A stretch of DNA of 64,000 nucleotides from assembly GCA_032718475.1 (NCBI GenBank), contig JAUCBJ010009009.1, positions 12,113 through 76,112 of the forward strand. Direction: 5' to 3'. The first letter of the stretch is position 1. Every line of letters begins with the position of its first letter. Positions 12,130 to 27,100 of this stretch are shown piece by piece. The position numbers and the translations under genes were made by a program. This stretch comes from Nemertoderma westbladi. Lineage: Eukaryota > Animalia > Xenacoelomorpha. The notes beneath the pieces were generated by a model that ran no database searches, was not told the DNA's origin, and saw nothing but the letters and a program-made list of their open reading frames with translations.

Positions 12130-15100
12130 TTACACACTCGTAGGCCAACCTGTAATTGTTTCTGCTCCCATCATTGTGTCTCTGTCTACACTGGTAGGCC
12201 AACCTGTAATTGTTTCTGCTCCAATCATTGTGTCTCTGTCTACACTGGTAGGCCTACCTGTAATTATTTCTGCTCCAATCATTGTGTCTCTGTCTACACT
12301 GGTAGGCCTACCTGTAATTGTTTCTGCTCCAATCATTGTGACTCTGTCTACACTCGTAGGCCAACCTGTAATTGATTCTGCTCCATTCATTATTTCTCTG
12401 TCTACACTGGTAGGCCTATCTGTAATTGTTTCTGCTCCAATCGTTGTGAGGTGACTCTGTCTACACTGGTAGGCCTACCTGTAATTGTTTCTGCTCCAAT
12501 CGTTGTGACTCTGTCTACACTGGTAGGCCTACCTGTAATTGTTTCTGCTCCGATCATTGTGTCTCTGTCTACACTGGTAGGCCTACCTGTAATTGTTTCT
12601 GCTCCAATCATTGTGACGCTGTCTACACTGGTAGGCCAACCTGTAATTGTTTCTGCTCCAATCATTGTGACTCTGTCTACACTGGTAGGCCTACCTGTAA
12701 TTGTTTCTGCTCCAATCATTGTGTCTCTGTCTACACTGGTAGGCCTACCTGTAATTGTTTCTGCTCCAATCATTGTGTCTCTGTCTACACTGGTAGGCCA
12801 ACCTGTAATTGTTTCTGCTCCAATCATTGTGTCTCTGTCTACACTGGTAGGCCTACCTGTAATTGTTTCTGCTCCAATCATTGTCTCTGTCTACACTGGT
12901 AGGCCTACCTGTAATTGTTTCTGCTCCAATCATTGTGACGCTGTCTACACTGGTAGGCCAACATGTAATTATTTCTGCTCCAATCATTGTGACTCTGTCT
13001 ACACTGGTAGGCCTACCTGTAATTGTTTCTGCTCCAATCATTGTGTCTCTGTCTACACTGGTAGGCAAACCTGTAATTGTTTCTGCTCCAATCATTGTGA
13101 TTCTGTCTACACTCGTAGGCCTACCTGTAATTGTTTCTGCTCCAATCATTGTGTCTCTGTCTACACTGGTAGGCCTACCTGTAATTGTTTCTGCTCCAAT
13201 CATTGTGACTCTGTCTACACTGGTAGGCCAACCTGTAATTGTTTCTGCTCCAATCATTGTGTATCTGTCTACACTAGTAGGCCAACCTGTAATTATTTCT
13301 GCTCCAATCATTGTGACTCTGTCTACACTGGTAGGCCTACCTGTAATTGTTTCTGCTCCAATCATTGTGTCTCTTTCTACACTGGTAGGCCAACCTGTAA
13401 TTATTTCTGCTCCAATCATTGTGACTCTGTCTACACTCGTAGGCCAACCTGTAATTGTTTCTGCTCCAATCATTGTGTATCTGTTTACACTAGTAGGGCA
13501 ACCTGTAATTATTTCTGCTCCAATCATTGTGACTCTGTCTACACTGGTAGGCCTACCTGTAATTGTTTCTGCTCCAATCATTGTGTCTCTGTGTACACTG
13601 GTAGGCCTACCTGTAATTGTTTCTGCTCCAATCATTGTGACGCTGTCTACACTGGTAGGCCAACCTGTAATTGTTTCTGCTCCAATCATTGTGACGCTGT
13701 CTACACTGGTAGGCCAACCTGTAATTGTTTCTGCTCCAATCATTGTGTCTCTGTCTACACTGGTAGGCCTACCTGTAATTGTTTCTGCTCCAATCATTGT
13801 GTCTCTGTCTACACTGGTAGGCCTACCTGTAATTGTTTCTGCTCCAATCATTGTGACGCTGTCTACACTGGTAGGCCAACCTGTAATTGTTTCTGCTCCA
13901 ATCATTGTGACGCTGTCTACACTGGTAGGCCAATCTGTAATTGTTTCTGCTCCAATCATTGTGTCTCTGTCTACACTGGAAGGCCTACCTGTAATTGTTT
14001 CTGCTCCAATCATTGTGTCTCTGTCTACACTGGTAGGCATACCTGTAATTGTTTCTGCTCCAATCATTGTGTCTCTGTCTACACTGGTAGGCCTACCTGT
14101 AATTGTTTCTGCTCCAATCATTGTGTCTCTGTCTACACTGGTAGGCCAACCTGTAATTGTTTCTGCTCCAATCATTGTGACTCTGTCTACACTAGTAGGC
14201 CAACCTGTAATTATTTCTGCTCCAATCATTGTGACTCTGTCTACACTCGTAGGCCAACCTGTAATTGTTTCTGCTCCAATCATTGTGTATCTGTCTACAC
14301 TAGTAGGCCAACCTGTAATTATTTCTGCTCCAATCATTGTGACTCTGTCTACACTGGTAGGCCTACCTGTAATTGTTTCTGCTCCAATCATTGTGTCTCT
14401 GTCTACACTGGTAGGCCTATCTGTAATTGTTTCTGCTCCAATCATTGTGATTCTGTCTACACTGGTAGGCCTACCTGTAATTGTTTCTGCTCCAATCATT
14501 GTGTCTCTGTCTACATTGGTAGGCCTACCTGTAATTGTTTCTGCTCCAATCATTGTGTCTCTGTCTACACTCGTAGGCCAACCTGTAATTATTTCTGCTC
14601 CAATCATTGTGACTCTGTCTACACTGGTAGGCCTACCTGTAATTGTTTCTGCTCCAATCATTATGTCTCTGTCTACACTGGTAGGCCTACCTGTAATTGT
14701 TTCTGCTCCAATCATTGTGACTCTGTCTACACTGGTAGGCCTACCTGTAATTGTTTCTGCTCCAATCATTGTTTCTCTGTCAACACTGAGGCCTACCTGT
14801 AATTATTTCTGCTCCAATCATTGTGACTCCGTCTACACTGGTAGGCCAACCTGTAATTGTTTCTGCTCCAATCATTGTGACTCTGTCTACACTGGTAGGC
14901 CTACCTGTAATTGTTTCTGCTCCAATTGTTGTGACTCTGTCTACACTGGTAGGCCAACCTGTAATTGTTTCTGCTCCAATCATTGTGTCTCTGTCTACAC
15001 TCGTAGGCCTACATGTAATTGTTTCTGCTCCAATCATTGTGTCTCTGTCTACACTGGTAGGCCTACCTGTAATTGTTTCTGCTCCAATCATTGTGACTCT

Positions 15101-18100
15101 GTTTACACTGGTAGGCCTACCTGTAATTGTTTCTGCTCCAATCATTGTGTCTCTGTCTACACTGGTAGGCCTACCTGTAATTGTTTCTGCTCCAATCATT
15201 GTGACTCTGTCTACACTGGTAGGCCTACCTGTAATTGTTTCTGCTCCAATCATTGTGACTCTGTCAACACTGGTAGGCCTACCTGTAATTGTTTCTGCTC
15301 CAATCATTGTGTCTCTGTCTACACTCGTAGGCCTACCTGTAATTGTTTCTGCTCCAATCATTGTGTCTCTGTCTACACTGGTAGGCCTACCTGTAATTGT
15401 TTCTGCTCCAATCATTGTGACTCTGTTTACACTGGTAGGCCTACCTGTAATTGTTTCTGCTCCAATCATTGTGTCTCTGTCTACACTGGTAGGCCTACCT
15501 GTAATTGTTTCTGCTCCAATCATTGTGACTCTGTCAACACTGGTAGGCCTACCTGTAATTGTTTCTGCTCCAATCATTGTGTCTCTGTCTACACTCGTAG
15601 GCCTACCTGTAATTGTTTCTGCTCCAATCATTGTGTCTCTGTCTACACTGGTAGGCCTACCTGTAATTGTTTCTGCTCCAATCATTGTGACTCTGTTTAC
15701 ACTGGTAGGCCTACCTGTAATTGTTTCTGCTCCAATCATTGTGTCTCTGTCTACACTGGTAGGCCTACCTGTAATTGTTTCTGCTCCAATCATTGTCTCT
15801 GTCTACACTGGTAGGCCTACCTGTAATTGTTTCTGCTCCAATCATTGTGACGCTGTCTACACTGGTAGGCCAACCTGTAATTATTTCTGCTCCAATCATT
15901 GTGACTCTGTCTACACTGGTAGGCCTACCTGTAATTGTTTCTGCTCCAATCATTGTGTCTCTGTCTACACTGGTAGGCAAACCTGTAATTGTTTCTGCTC
16001 CAATCATTGTGATTCTGTCTACACTCGTAGGCCTACCTGTAATTGTTTCTGCTCCAATCATTGTGTCTCTGTCTACACTGGTAGGCCTACCTGTAATTGT
16101 TTCTGCTCCAATCATTGTGACTCTGTCTACACTGGTAGGCCAACCTGTAATTGTTTCTGCTCCAATCATTGTGTATCTGTCTACACTAGTAGGCCAACCT
16201 GTAATTATTTCTGCTCCAATCATTGTGACTCTGTCTACACTGGTAGGCCTACCTGTAATTGTTTCTGCTCCAATCATTGTGTCTCTTTCTACACTGGTAG
16301 GCCAACCTGTAATTATTTCTGCTCCAATCATTGTGACTCTGTCTACACTCGTAGGCCAACCTGTAATTGTTTCTGCTCCAATCATTGTGTATCTGTTTAC
16401 ACTAGTAGGGCAACCTGTAATTATTTCTGCTCCAATCATTGTGACTCTGTCTACACTGGTAGGCCTACCTGTAATTGTTTCTGCTCCAATCATTGTGTCT
16501 CTGTGTACACTGGTAGGCCTACCTGTAATTGTTTCTGCTCCAATCATTGTGACGCTGTCTACACTGGTAGGCCAACCTGTAATTGTTTCTGCTCCAATCA
16601 TTGTGACGCTGTCTACACTGGTAGGCCAACCTGTAATTGTTTCTGCTCCAATCATTGTGTCTCTGTCTACACTGGTAGGCCTACCTGTAATTGTTTCTGC
16701 TCCAATCATTGTGTCTCTGTCTACACTGGTAGGCCTACCTGTAATTGTTTCTGCTCCAATCATTGTGACGCTGTCTACACTGGTAGGCCAACCTGTAATT
16801 GTTTCTGCTCCAATCATTGTGACGCTGTCTACACTGGTAGGCCAATCTGTAATTGTTTCTGCTCCAATCATTGTGTCTCTGTCTACACTGGAAGGCCTAC
16901 CTGTAATTGTTTCTGCTCCAATCATTGTGTCTCTGTCTACACTGGTAGGCATACCTGTAATTGTTTCTGCTCCAATCATTGTGTCTCTGTCTACACTGGT
17001 AGGCCTACCTGTAATTGTTTCTGCTCCAATCATTGTGTCTCTGTCTACACTGGTAGGCCAACCTGTAATTGTTTCTGCTCCAATCATTGTGACTCTGTCT
17101 ACACTAGTAGGCCAACCTGTAATTATTTCTGCTCCAATCATTGTGACTCTGTCTACACTCGTAGGCCAACCTGTAATTGTTTCTGCTCCAATCATTGTGT
17201 ATCTGTCTACACTAGTAGGCCAACCTGTAATTATTTCTGCTCCAATCATTGTGACTCTGTCTACACTGGTAGGCCTACCTGTAATTGTTTCTGCTCCAAT
17301 CATTGTGTCTCTGTCTACACTGGTAGGCCTATCTGTAATTGTTTCTGCTCCAATCATTGTGATTCTGTCTACACTGGTAGGCCTACCTGTAATTGTTTCT
17401 GCTCCAATCATTGTGTCTCTGTCTACATTGGTAGGCCTACCTGTAATTGTTTCTGCTCCAATCATTGTGTCTCTGTCTACACTCGTAGGCCAACCTGTAA
17501 TTATTTCTGCTCCAATCATTGTGACTCTGTCTACACTGGTAGGCCTACCTGTAATTGTTTCTGCTCCAATCATTGTGTCTCTGTCTACACTGGTAGGCCT
17601 ACCTGTAATTGTTTCTGCTCCAATCATTGTGACTCTGTCTACACTGGTAGGCCTACCTGTAATTGTTTCTGCTCCAATCATTGTTTCTCTGTCAACACTG
17701 AGGCCTACCTGTAATTATTTCTGCTCCAATCATTGTGACTCCGTCTACACTGGTAGGCCAACCTGTAATTGTTTCTGCTCCAATCATTGTGACTCTGTCT
17801 ACACTGGTAGGCCTACCTGTAATTGTTTCTGCTCCAATTGTTGTGACTCTGTCTACACTGGTAGGCCAACCTGTAATTGTTTCTGCTCCAATCATTGTGT
17901 CTCTGTCTACACTCGTAGGCCTACATGTAATTGTTTCTGCTCCAATCATTGTGTCTCTGTCTACACTGGTAGGCCTACCTGTAATTGTTTCTGCTCCAAT
18001 CATTGTGACTCTGTTTACACTGGTAGGCCTACCTGTAATTGTTTCTGCTCCAATCATTGTGTCTCTGTCTACACTGGTAGGCCTACCTGTAATTGTTTCT

Positions 18101-21100
18101 GCTCCAATCATTGTGACTCTGTCTACACTGGTAGGCCTACCTGTAATTGTTTCTGCTCCAATCATTGTGACTCTGTCAACACTGGTAGGCCTACCTGTAA
18201 TTGTTTCTGCTCCAATCATTGTGTCTCTGTCTACACTCGTAGGCCTACCTGTAATTGTTTCTGCTCCAATCATTGTGTCTCTGTCTACACTGGTAGGCCT
18301 ACCTGTAATTGTTTCTGCTCCAATCATTGTGACTCTGTTTACACTGGTAGGCCTACCTGTAATTGTTTCTGCTCCAATCATTGTGTCTCTGTCTACACTG
18401 GTAGGCCTACCTGTAATTGTTTCTGCTCCAATCATTGTGACTCTGTCAACACTGGTAGGCCTACCTGTAATTGTTTCTGCTCCAATCGTTGTGACTCTGT
18501 CTCCACTGGTAGGCCTACCTGTAATTATTTCTGCTCCAATCATTGTGACTCTGTCTACACTGGTAGGCCTACCTGTAATTGTTTCTGCTCCAATCATTGT
18601 GACTCTGTCAACACTGGTAGGCCTACCTGTAATTGTTTCTGCTCCAATCGTTGTGACTCTGTCAACACTGGTAGGCCTACCTGTAATTGTTTCTGCTCCA
18701 ATCATTGTGTCTCTGTCTACACTCGTAGGCCTACCTGTAATTGTTTCTGCTCCAATCATTGTGTCTCTGTCTACACTGGTAGGCCTACCTGTAATTGTTT
18801 CTGCTCCAATCATTGTGACTCTGTTTACACTGGTAGGCCTACCTGTAATTGTTTCTGCTCCAATCATTGTGTCTCTGTCTACACTGGTAGGCCTACCTGT
18901 AATTGTTTCTGCTCCAATCATTGACTCTGTCAACACTGGTAGGCCTACCTGTAATTGTTTCTGCTCCAATCGTTGTGACTCTGTCTACACTGGTAGGCCT
19001 ACCTGTAATTATTTCTGCTCCAATCATTGTGACTCTGTCTACACTGGTAGGCCTACCTGTAATTGTTTCTGCTCCAATCATTGTGACTCTGTCTACACTA
19101 GTAGGCCAACCTGTAATTATTTCTGCTCCAATCATTGTGACTCTGTCTACACTCGTAGGCCAACCTGTAATTATTTCTGCTCCAATCATTGTGACTCTGT
19201 CTACACTGGTAGGCCTACCTGTAATTGTTTCTGCTCCAATCATTGTGTCTCTGTCTACACTGGTAGGCCTACCTGTAATTGTTTCTGCTCCAATCATTGT
19301 GACTCTGTTTACACTGGTATGCCTACCTGTAATTGTTTCTGCTCCAATCATTGTGTCTCTGTCTACACTGGTAGGCCTACCTGTACTTGTTTCTGCTCCA
19401 ATCATTGTGACTCTGTCAACACTGGTAGGCCTACCTGTAATTGTTTCTGCTCCAATCGTTGTGACTCTGTCTACACTGGTAGGCCTACCTGTAATTATTT
19501 CTGCTCCAATCATTGTGACTCTGTCTACACTGGTAGGCCTACCTGTAATGGTTTCTGCTCCAATCATTGTGACTCTGTCTACACTGGTAGGCCTACCTGT
19601 AATTGTTTCTGCTCCAATCATTGTGTCTCTGTCTTCACTGGTAGGCCTACCTGTAATTGTTTCTGCTCCAATCATTGTGACTCTGTCTACACTGGTAGGC
19701 CTACCTGTAATTGTTTCTGCTCCAATCATTGTGTCTCTGTCTACACTCGTAGGCCTACCTGTAATTGTTTCTGCTCCAATCATTGTGTCTCTGTCTACAC
19801 TGGTAGGCCTACCTGTAATTGTTTCTGCTCCAATCATTGTGACTCTGTCTACACTGGTAGGCCTACCTGTAATTGTTTCTGCTCCAATCATTGTTTCTCT
19901 GTCAACACTGAGGCCTACATGTAATTATTTCTGCTCCAATCATTGTGACTCTGTCTACACTGGTAGGCCAACCTGTAATTGTTTCTGCTCCAATCATTGT
20001 GACTCTGTCTACACTGGTAGGCCTACCTGTAATTGTTTCTGCTCCAATCGTTGTGACTCTGTCTACACTGGTAGGCCAACCTGTAATTGTTTCTGCTCCA
20101 ATCATTGTGTCTCTGTCTACACTCGTAGGCCTACATGTAATTGTTTCTGCTCCAATCATTGTGTCTCTGTCTACACTGGTAGGCCTACCTGTAATTGTTT
20201 CTGCTCCAATCATTGTGACTCTGTTTACACTGGTAGGCCTACCTGTAATTGTTTCTGCTCCAATCATTGTGTCTCTGTCTACACTGGTAGGCCTACCTGT
20301 AATTGTTTCTGCTCCAATCATTGTGACTCTGTCTACACTGGTAGGCCTACCTGTAATTGTTTCTGCTCCAATCATTGTGACTCTGTCAACACTGGTAGGC
20401 CTACCTGTAATTGTTTCTGCTCCAATCATTGTGACTCTGTCTACACTGGTAGGCCAACCTGTAATTGTTTCTGCTCCAATCATTGTGACTCTGTCTACAC
20501 TGGTAGGCCTACCAGTAATTGTTTCTGCTCCAATCGTTGTGACTCTGTCTACACTGGTAGGCCAACCTGTAATTGTTTCTGCTCCAATCATTGTGTCTCT
20601 GTCTACACTCGTAGGCCTACATGTAATTGTTTCTGCTCCATTCATTGTGTCTCTGTCTACACTGGTAGGCCTACCTGTAATTGTTTCTGCTCCAATCATT
20701 GTGACTCTGTTTACACTGGTAGGCCTACCTGTAATTGTTTCTGCTCCAATCATTGTGTCTCTGTCTACACTCGTAGGCCTACCTGTAATTGTTTCTGCTC
20801 CAATCATTGTGTCTCTGTCTACACTGGTAGGCCTACCTGTAATTGTTTCTGCTCCAATCATTGTGACTCTGTTTACACTGGTAGGCCTACCTGTAATTGT
20901 TTCTGCTCCAATCATTGTGTCTCTGTCTACACTGGTAGGCCTACCTGTAATTGTTTCTGCTCCAATCGTTGTGACTCTGTCTACACTGGTAGGCCTACCT
21001 GTAATTGATTCTGCTCCATTCATTATGTCTCTGTCTACACTGGTAGGCCTTCCTGTAATTGTTTCTGCTCCAATCATTGTGTCTCTGTCTACACTGGTAG

Positions 21101-24100
21101 GCCTACCTGTAATTGTTTCTGCTCCAATCATTGTGACTCTGTCTACACTGGTAGGCCTACCTGTAATTGTTTCTGCTCCAATCATTGTGACGCTGTCTAC
21201 ACTGGTAGGCCTACCTGTAATTGTTTCTGCTCCAATCATTGTGACGCTGTCTACACTGGTAGGCCAACCTGTAATTGTTTCTGCTCCAATCATTGTGACG
21301 CTGTCTACACTGGTAGGCCTACCTGTAATTGTTTCTGCTCCAATCGTTGTGACTCTGTCTACACTGGTAGGCCTACCTGTAATTGTTTCTGCTCCAATCA
21401 TTGTGACGCTGTCTACACTGGTAGGCCTACCTGTAATTGCTTCTGCTCCAATCATTGTGACGCTGTCTACACTGGTAGGCCTACCTGTAATTGTTTCTGC
21501 TCCAATCATTGTGTCTCTGTCTACACTCGTAGGCCTACCTGTAATTGTTTCTGCTCCAATCATTGTGTCTCTGTCTACACTGGTAGGCCTACCTGTAATT
21601 GTTTCTGCTCCAATCATTGTGACGCTGTCTACACTCGTAGGCCTACCTGTAATTGTTTCTGCTCCAATCATTGTGTCTCTGTCTACACTGGTAGGCCTAC
21701 CTGTAATTGTTTCTGCTCCAATCATTGTGACTCTGTCTACACTCGTAGGCCAACCTGTAATTGATTCTGCTCCATTCATTATGTCTCTGTCTACACTGGT
21801 AGGCCTACCTGTAATTGTTTCTGCTCCAATCGTTGTGAGGTGACTCTGTCTACACTGGTAGGCCTACCTGTAATTGTTTCTGCTCCCATCATTGTGTCTC
21901 TGTCTACACTCGTAGGCCAACCTGTAATTGATTCTGCTCCATTCATTATGTCTCTGTCTACACTGGTAGGCCTACCTGTAATTGTTTCTGCTCCAATCAT
22001 TGTGTCTCTGTCTACACTGGTAGGCCTACCTGTAATTGTTTCTGCTCCAATCATTGTGACTCTGTCTACACTGGTAGGCCTACCTGTAATTGTTTCTGCT
22101 CCAATCATTGTGACGCTGTCTACACTGGTAGGCCTACCTGTAATTGTTTCTGCTCCAATCATTGTGACGCTGTCTACACTGGTAGGCCAACCTGTAATTG
22201 TTTCTGCTCCAATCATTGTGACGCTGTCTACACTGGTAGGCCTACCTGTAATTGTTTCTGCTCCAATCGTTGTGACTCTGTCTACACTGGTAGGCCTACC
22301 TGTAATTGTTTCTGCTCCAATCATTGTGACGCTGTCTACAATGGTAGGCCTACCTGTAATTGTTTCTGCTCCAATCATTGTGACGCTGTCTACACTGGTA
22401 GGCCTACCTGTAATTGTTTCTGCTCCAATCATTGTGTCTCTGTCTACACTCGTAGGCCTACCTGTAATTGTTTCTGCTCCAATCATTGTGTCTCTTTCTA
22501 CACTGGTAGGCCTACCTGTAATTGTTTCTGCTCCAATCATTGTGACGCTGTCTACACTGGTAGGCCAACCTGTAATTGTTTCTGCTCCAATCATTGTGAC
22601 TCTGTCTACACTAGTAGGCCAACCTGTAATTATTTCTGCTCCAATCATTGTGACTCTGTCTACACTCGTAGGCCAACCTGTAATTGTTTCTGCTCCAATC
22701 ATTGTGTATCTGTCTACACTAGTAGGCCAACCTGTAATTATTTCTGCTCCAATCATTGTGACTCTGTCTACACTGGTAGGCCTACCTGTAATTGTTTCTG
22801 CTCCAATCATTGTGTCTCTGTCTACACTGGTAGGCCTACCTGTAATTGTTTCTGCTCCAATCATTGTGTCTCTGTCTACACTGGTAGGCCTACCTGTAAT
22901 TGTTTCTGCTCCAATCATTGTGTATCTGTCTACACTAGTAGGCCAACCTGTAATTATTTCTGCTCCAATCATTGTGACTCTGTCTACACTGGTAGGCCTA
23001 CCTGTAATTGTTTCTGCTCCAATCATTGTGTCTCTGTCTACACTGGTAGGCCTACCTGTAATTGTTTCTGCTCCAATCATTGTGTCTCTGTCTACACTGG
23101 TAGGCCTACCTGTAATTGTTTCTGCTCCAATCATTGTGACGCTGTCTACACTGGTAGGCCAACCTGTAATTGTTTCTGCTCCAATCATTGTGTCTCTGTC
23201 TACACTGGTAGGCCTACCTGTAATTGTTTCTGCTCCAATCATTGTGTCTCTGTCTACACTGGTAGGCCTACCTGTAATTGTTTCTGCTCCAATCATTGTG
23301 TCTCTGTCTACACTGGTAGGCCTACCTGTAATTGTTTCTGCTCCGATCATTGTGTCTCTGTCTACACTGGTAGGCCTACCTGTAATTGTTTCTGCTCCAA
23401 TCATTGTGACGCTGTCTACACTGGTAGGCCAACCTGTAATTGTTTCTGCTCCAATCATTGTGACTCTGTCTACACTGGTAGGCCTACCTGTAATTGTTTC
23501 TGCTCCAATCATTGTGTCTCTGTCTACACTGGTAGGCCTACCTGTAATTGTTTCTGCTCCAATCATTGTGTCTCTGTCTACACTGGTAGGCCAACCTGTA
23601 ATTGTTTCTGCTCCAATCATTGTGTCTCTGTCTACACTGGTAGGCCTACCTGTAATTGTTTCTGCTCCAATCATTGTCTCTGTCTACACTGGTAGGCCTA
23701 CCTGTAATTGTTTCTGCTCCAATCATTGTGACGCTGTCTACACTGGTAGGCCAACCTGTAATTATTTCTGCTCCAATCATTGTGACTCTGTCTACACTGG
23801 TAGGCCTACCTGTAATTGTTTCTGCTCCAATCATTGTGTCTCTGTCTACACTGGTAGGCAAACCTGTAATTGTTTCTGCTCCAATCATTGTGATTCTGTC
23901 TACACTCGTAGGCCTACCTGTAATTGTTTCTGCTCCAATCATTGTGTCTCTGTCTACACTGGTAGGCCTACCTGTAATTGTTTCTGCTCCAATCATTGTG
24001 ACTCTGTCTACACTGGTAGGCCAACCTGTAATTGTTTCTGCTCCAATCATTGTGTATCTGTCTACACTAGTAGGCCAACCTGTAATTATTTCTGCTCCAA

Positions 24101-27100
24101 TCATTGTGACTCTGTCTACACTGGTAGGCCTACCTGTAATTGTTTCTGCTCCAATCATTGTGTCTCTTTCTACACTGGTAGGCCAACCTGTAATTATTTC
24201 TGCTCCAATCATTGTGACTCTGTCTACACTCGTAGGCCAACCTGTAATTGTTTCTGCTCCAATCATTGTGTATCTGTTTACACTAGTAGGGCAACCTGTA
24301 ATTATTTCTGCTCCAATCATTGTGACTCTGTCTACACTGGTAGGCCTACCTGTAATTGTTTCTGCTCCAATCATTGTGTCTCTGTGTACACTGGTAGGCC
24401 TACCTGTAATTGTTTCTGCTCCAATCATTGTGACGCTGTCTACACTGGTAGGCCAACCTGTAATTGTTTCTGCTCCAATCATTGTGACGCTGTCTACACT
24501 GGTAGGACAACCTGTAATTGTTTCTGCTCCAATCATTGTGTCTCTGTCTACACTGGTAGGCCTACCTGTAATTGTTTCTGCTCCAATCATTGTGTCTCTG
24601 TCTACACTGGTAGGCCTACCTGTAATTGTTTCTGCTCCAATCATTGTGACGCTGTCTACACTGGTAGGCCAACCTGTAATTGTTTCTGCTCCAATCATTG
24701 TGACGCTGTCTACACTGGTAGGCCAATCTGTAATTGTTTCTGCTCCAATCATTGTGTCTCTGTCTACACTGGAAGGCCTACCTGTAATTGTTTCTGCTCC
24801 AATCATTGTGTCTCTGTCTACACTGGTAGGCATACCTGTAATTGTTTCTGCTCCAATCATTGTGTCTCTGTCTACACTGGTAGGCCTACCTGTAATTGTT
24901 TCTGCTCCAATCATTGTGTCTCTGTCTACACTGGTAGGCCAACCTGTAATTGTTTCTGCTCCAATCATTGTGACTCTGTCTACACTAGTAGGCCAACCTG
25001 TAATTATTTCTGCTCCAATCATTGTGACTCTGTCTACACTCGTAGGCCAACCTGTAATTGTTTCTGCTCCAATCATTGTGTATCTGTCTACACTAGTAGG
25101 CCAACCTGTAATTATTTCTGCTCCAATCATTGTGACTCTGTCTACACTGGTAGGCCTACCTGTAATTGTTTCTGCTCCAATCATTGTGTCTCTGTCTACA
25201 CTGGTAGGCCTATCTGTAATTGTTTCTGCTCCAATCATTGTGATTCTGTCTACACTGGTAGGCCTACCTGTAATTGTTTCTGCTCCAATCATTGTGTCTC
25301 TGTCTACATTGGTAGGCCTACCTGTAATTGTTTCTGCTCCAATCATTGTGTCTCTGTCTACACTCGTAGGCCAACCTGTAATTATTTCTGCTCCAATCAT
25401 TGTGACTCTGTCTACACTGGTAGGCCTACCTGTAATTGTTTCTGCTCCAATCATTGTGTCTCTGTCTACACTGGTAGGCCTACCTGTAATTGTTTCTGCT
25501 CCAATCATTGTGACTCTGTCTACACTGGTAGGCCTACCTGTAATTGTTTCTGCTCCAATCATTGTTTCTCTGTCAACACTGAGGCCTACCTGTAATTATT
25601 TCTGCTCCAATCATTGTGACTCCGTCTACACTGGTAGGCCAACCTGTAATTGTTTCTGCTCCAATCATTGTGACTCTGTCTACACTGGTAGGCCTACCTG
25701 TAATTGTTTCTGCTCCAATTGTTGTGACTCTGTCTACACTGGTAGGCCAACCTGTAATTGTTTCTGCTCCAATCATTGTGTCTCTGTCTACACTCGTAGG
25801 CCTACATGTAATTGTTTCTGCTCCAATCATTGTGTCTCTGTCTACACTGGTAGGCCTACCTGTAATTGTTTCTGCTCCAATCATTGTGACTCTGTTTACA
25901 CTGGTAGGCCTACCTGTAATTGTTTCTGCTCCAATCATTGTGTCTCTGTCTACACTGGTAGGCCTACCTGTAATTGTTTCTGCTCCAATCATTGTGACTC
26001 TGTCTACACTGGTAGGCCTACCTGTAATTGTTTCTGCTCCAATCATTGTGACTCTGTCAACACTGGTAGGCCTACCTGTAATTGTTTCTGCTCCAATCAT
26101 TGTGTCTCTGTCTACACTGGTAGGCCTACCTGTAATTGTTTCTGCTCCAATCATTGTGTCTCTGTCTACACTGGTAGGCCTACCTGTAATTGTTTCTGCT
26201 CCAATCATTGTGACTGTGTTTACACTGGTAGGCCTACCTGTAATTGTTTCTGCTCCAATCATTGTGTCTCTGTCTACACTGGTAGGCCTACCTGTAATTG
26301 TTTCTGCTCCAATCATTGTGACTCTGTCAACACTGGTAGGCCTACCTGTAATTGTTTCTGCTCCAATCGTTGTGACTCTGTCTACACTGGTAGGCCTACC
26401 TGTAATTATTTCTGCTCCAATCATTGTGACTCTGTCTACACTGGTAGGCCTACCTGTAATTGTTTCTGCTCCAATCATTGTGACTCTGTCAACACTGGTA
26501 GGCCTACCTGTAATTGTTTCTGCTCCAATCGTTGTGACTCTGTCAACACTGGTAGGCCTACCTGTAATTGTTTCTGCTCCAATCATTGTGTCTCTGTCTA
26601 CACTCGTAGGCCTACCTGTAATTGTTTCTGCTCCAATCATTGTGTCTCTGTCTACACTGGTAGGCCTACCTGTAATTGTTTCTGCTCCAATCATTGTGAC
26701 TCTGTTTACACTGGTAGGCCTACCTGTAATTGTTTCTGCTCCAATCATTGTGTCTCTGTCTACACTGGTAGGCCTACCTGTAATTGTTTCTGCTCCAATC
26801 ATTGACTCTGTCAACACTGGTAGGCCTACCTGTAATTGTTTCTGCTCCAATCGTTGTGACTCTGTCTACACTGGTAGGCCTACCTGTAATTATTTCTGCT
26901 CCAATCATTGTGACTCTGTCTACACTGGTAGGCCTACCTGTAATTGTTTCTGCTCCAATCATTGTGACTCTGTCTACACTAGTAGGCCAACCTGTAATTA
27001 TTTCTGCTCCAATCATTGTGACTCTGTCTACACTCGTAGGCCAACCTGTAATTATTTCTGCTCCAATCATTGTGACTCTGTCTACACTGGTAGGCCTACC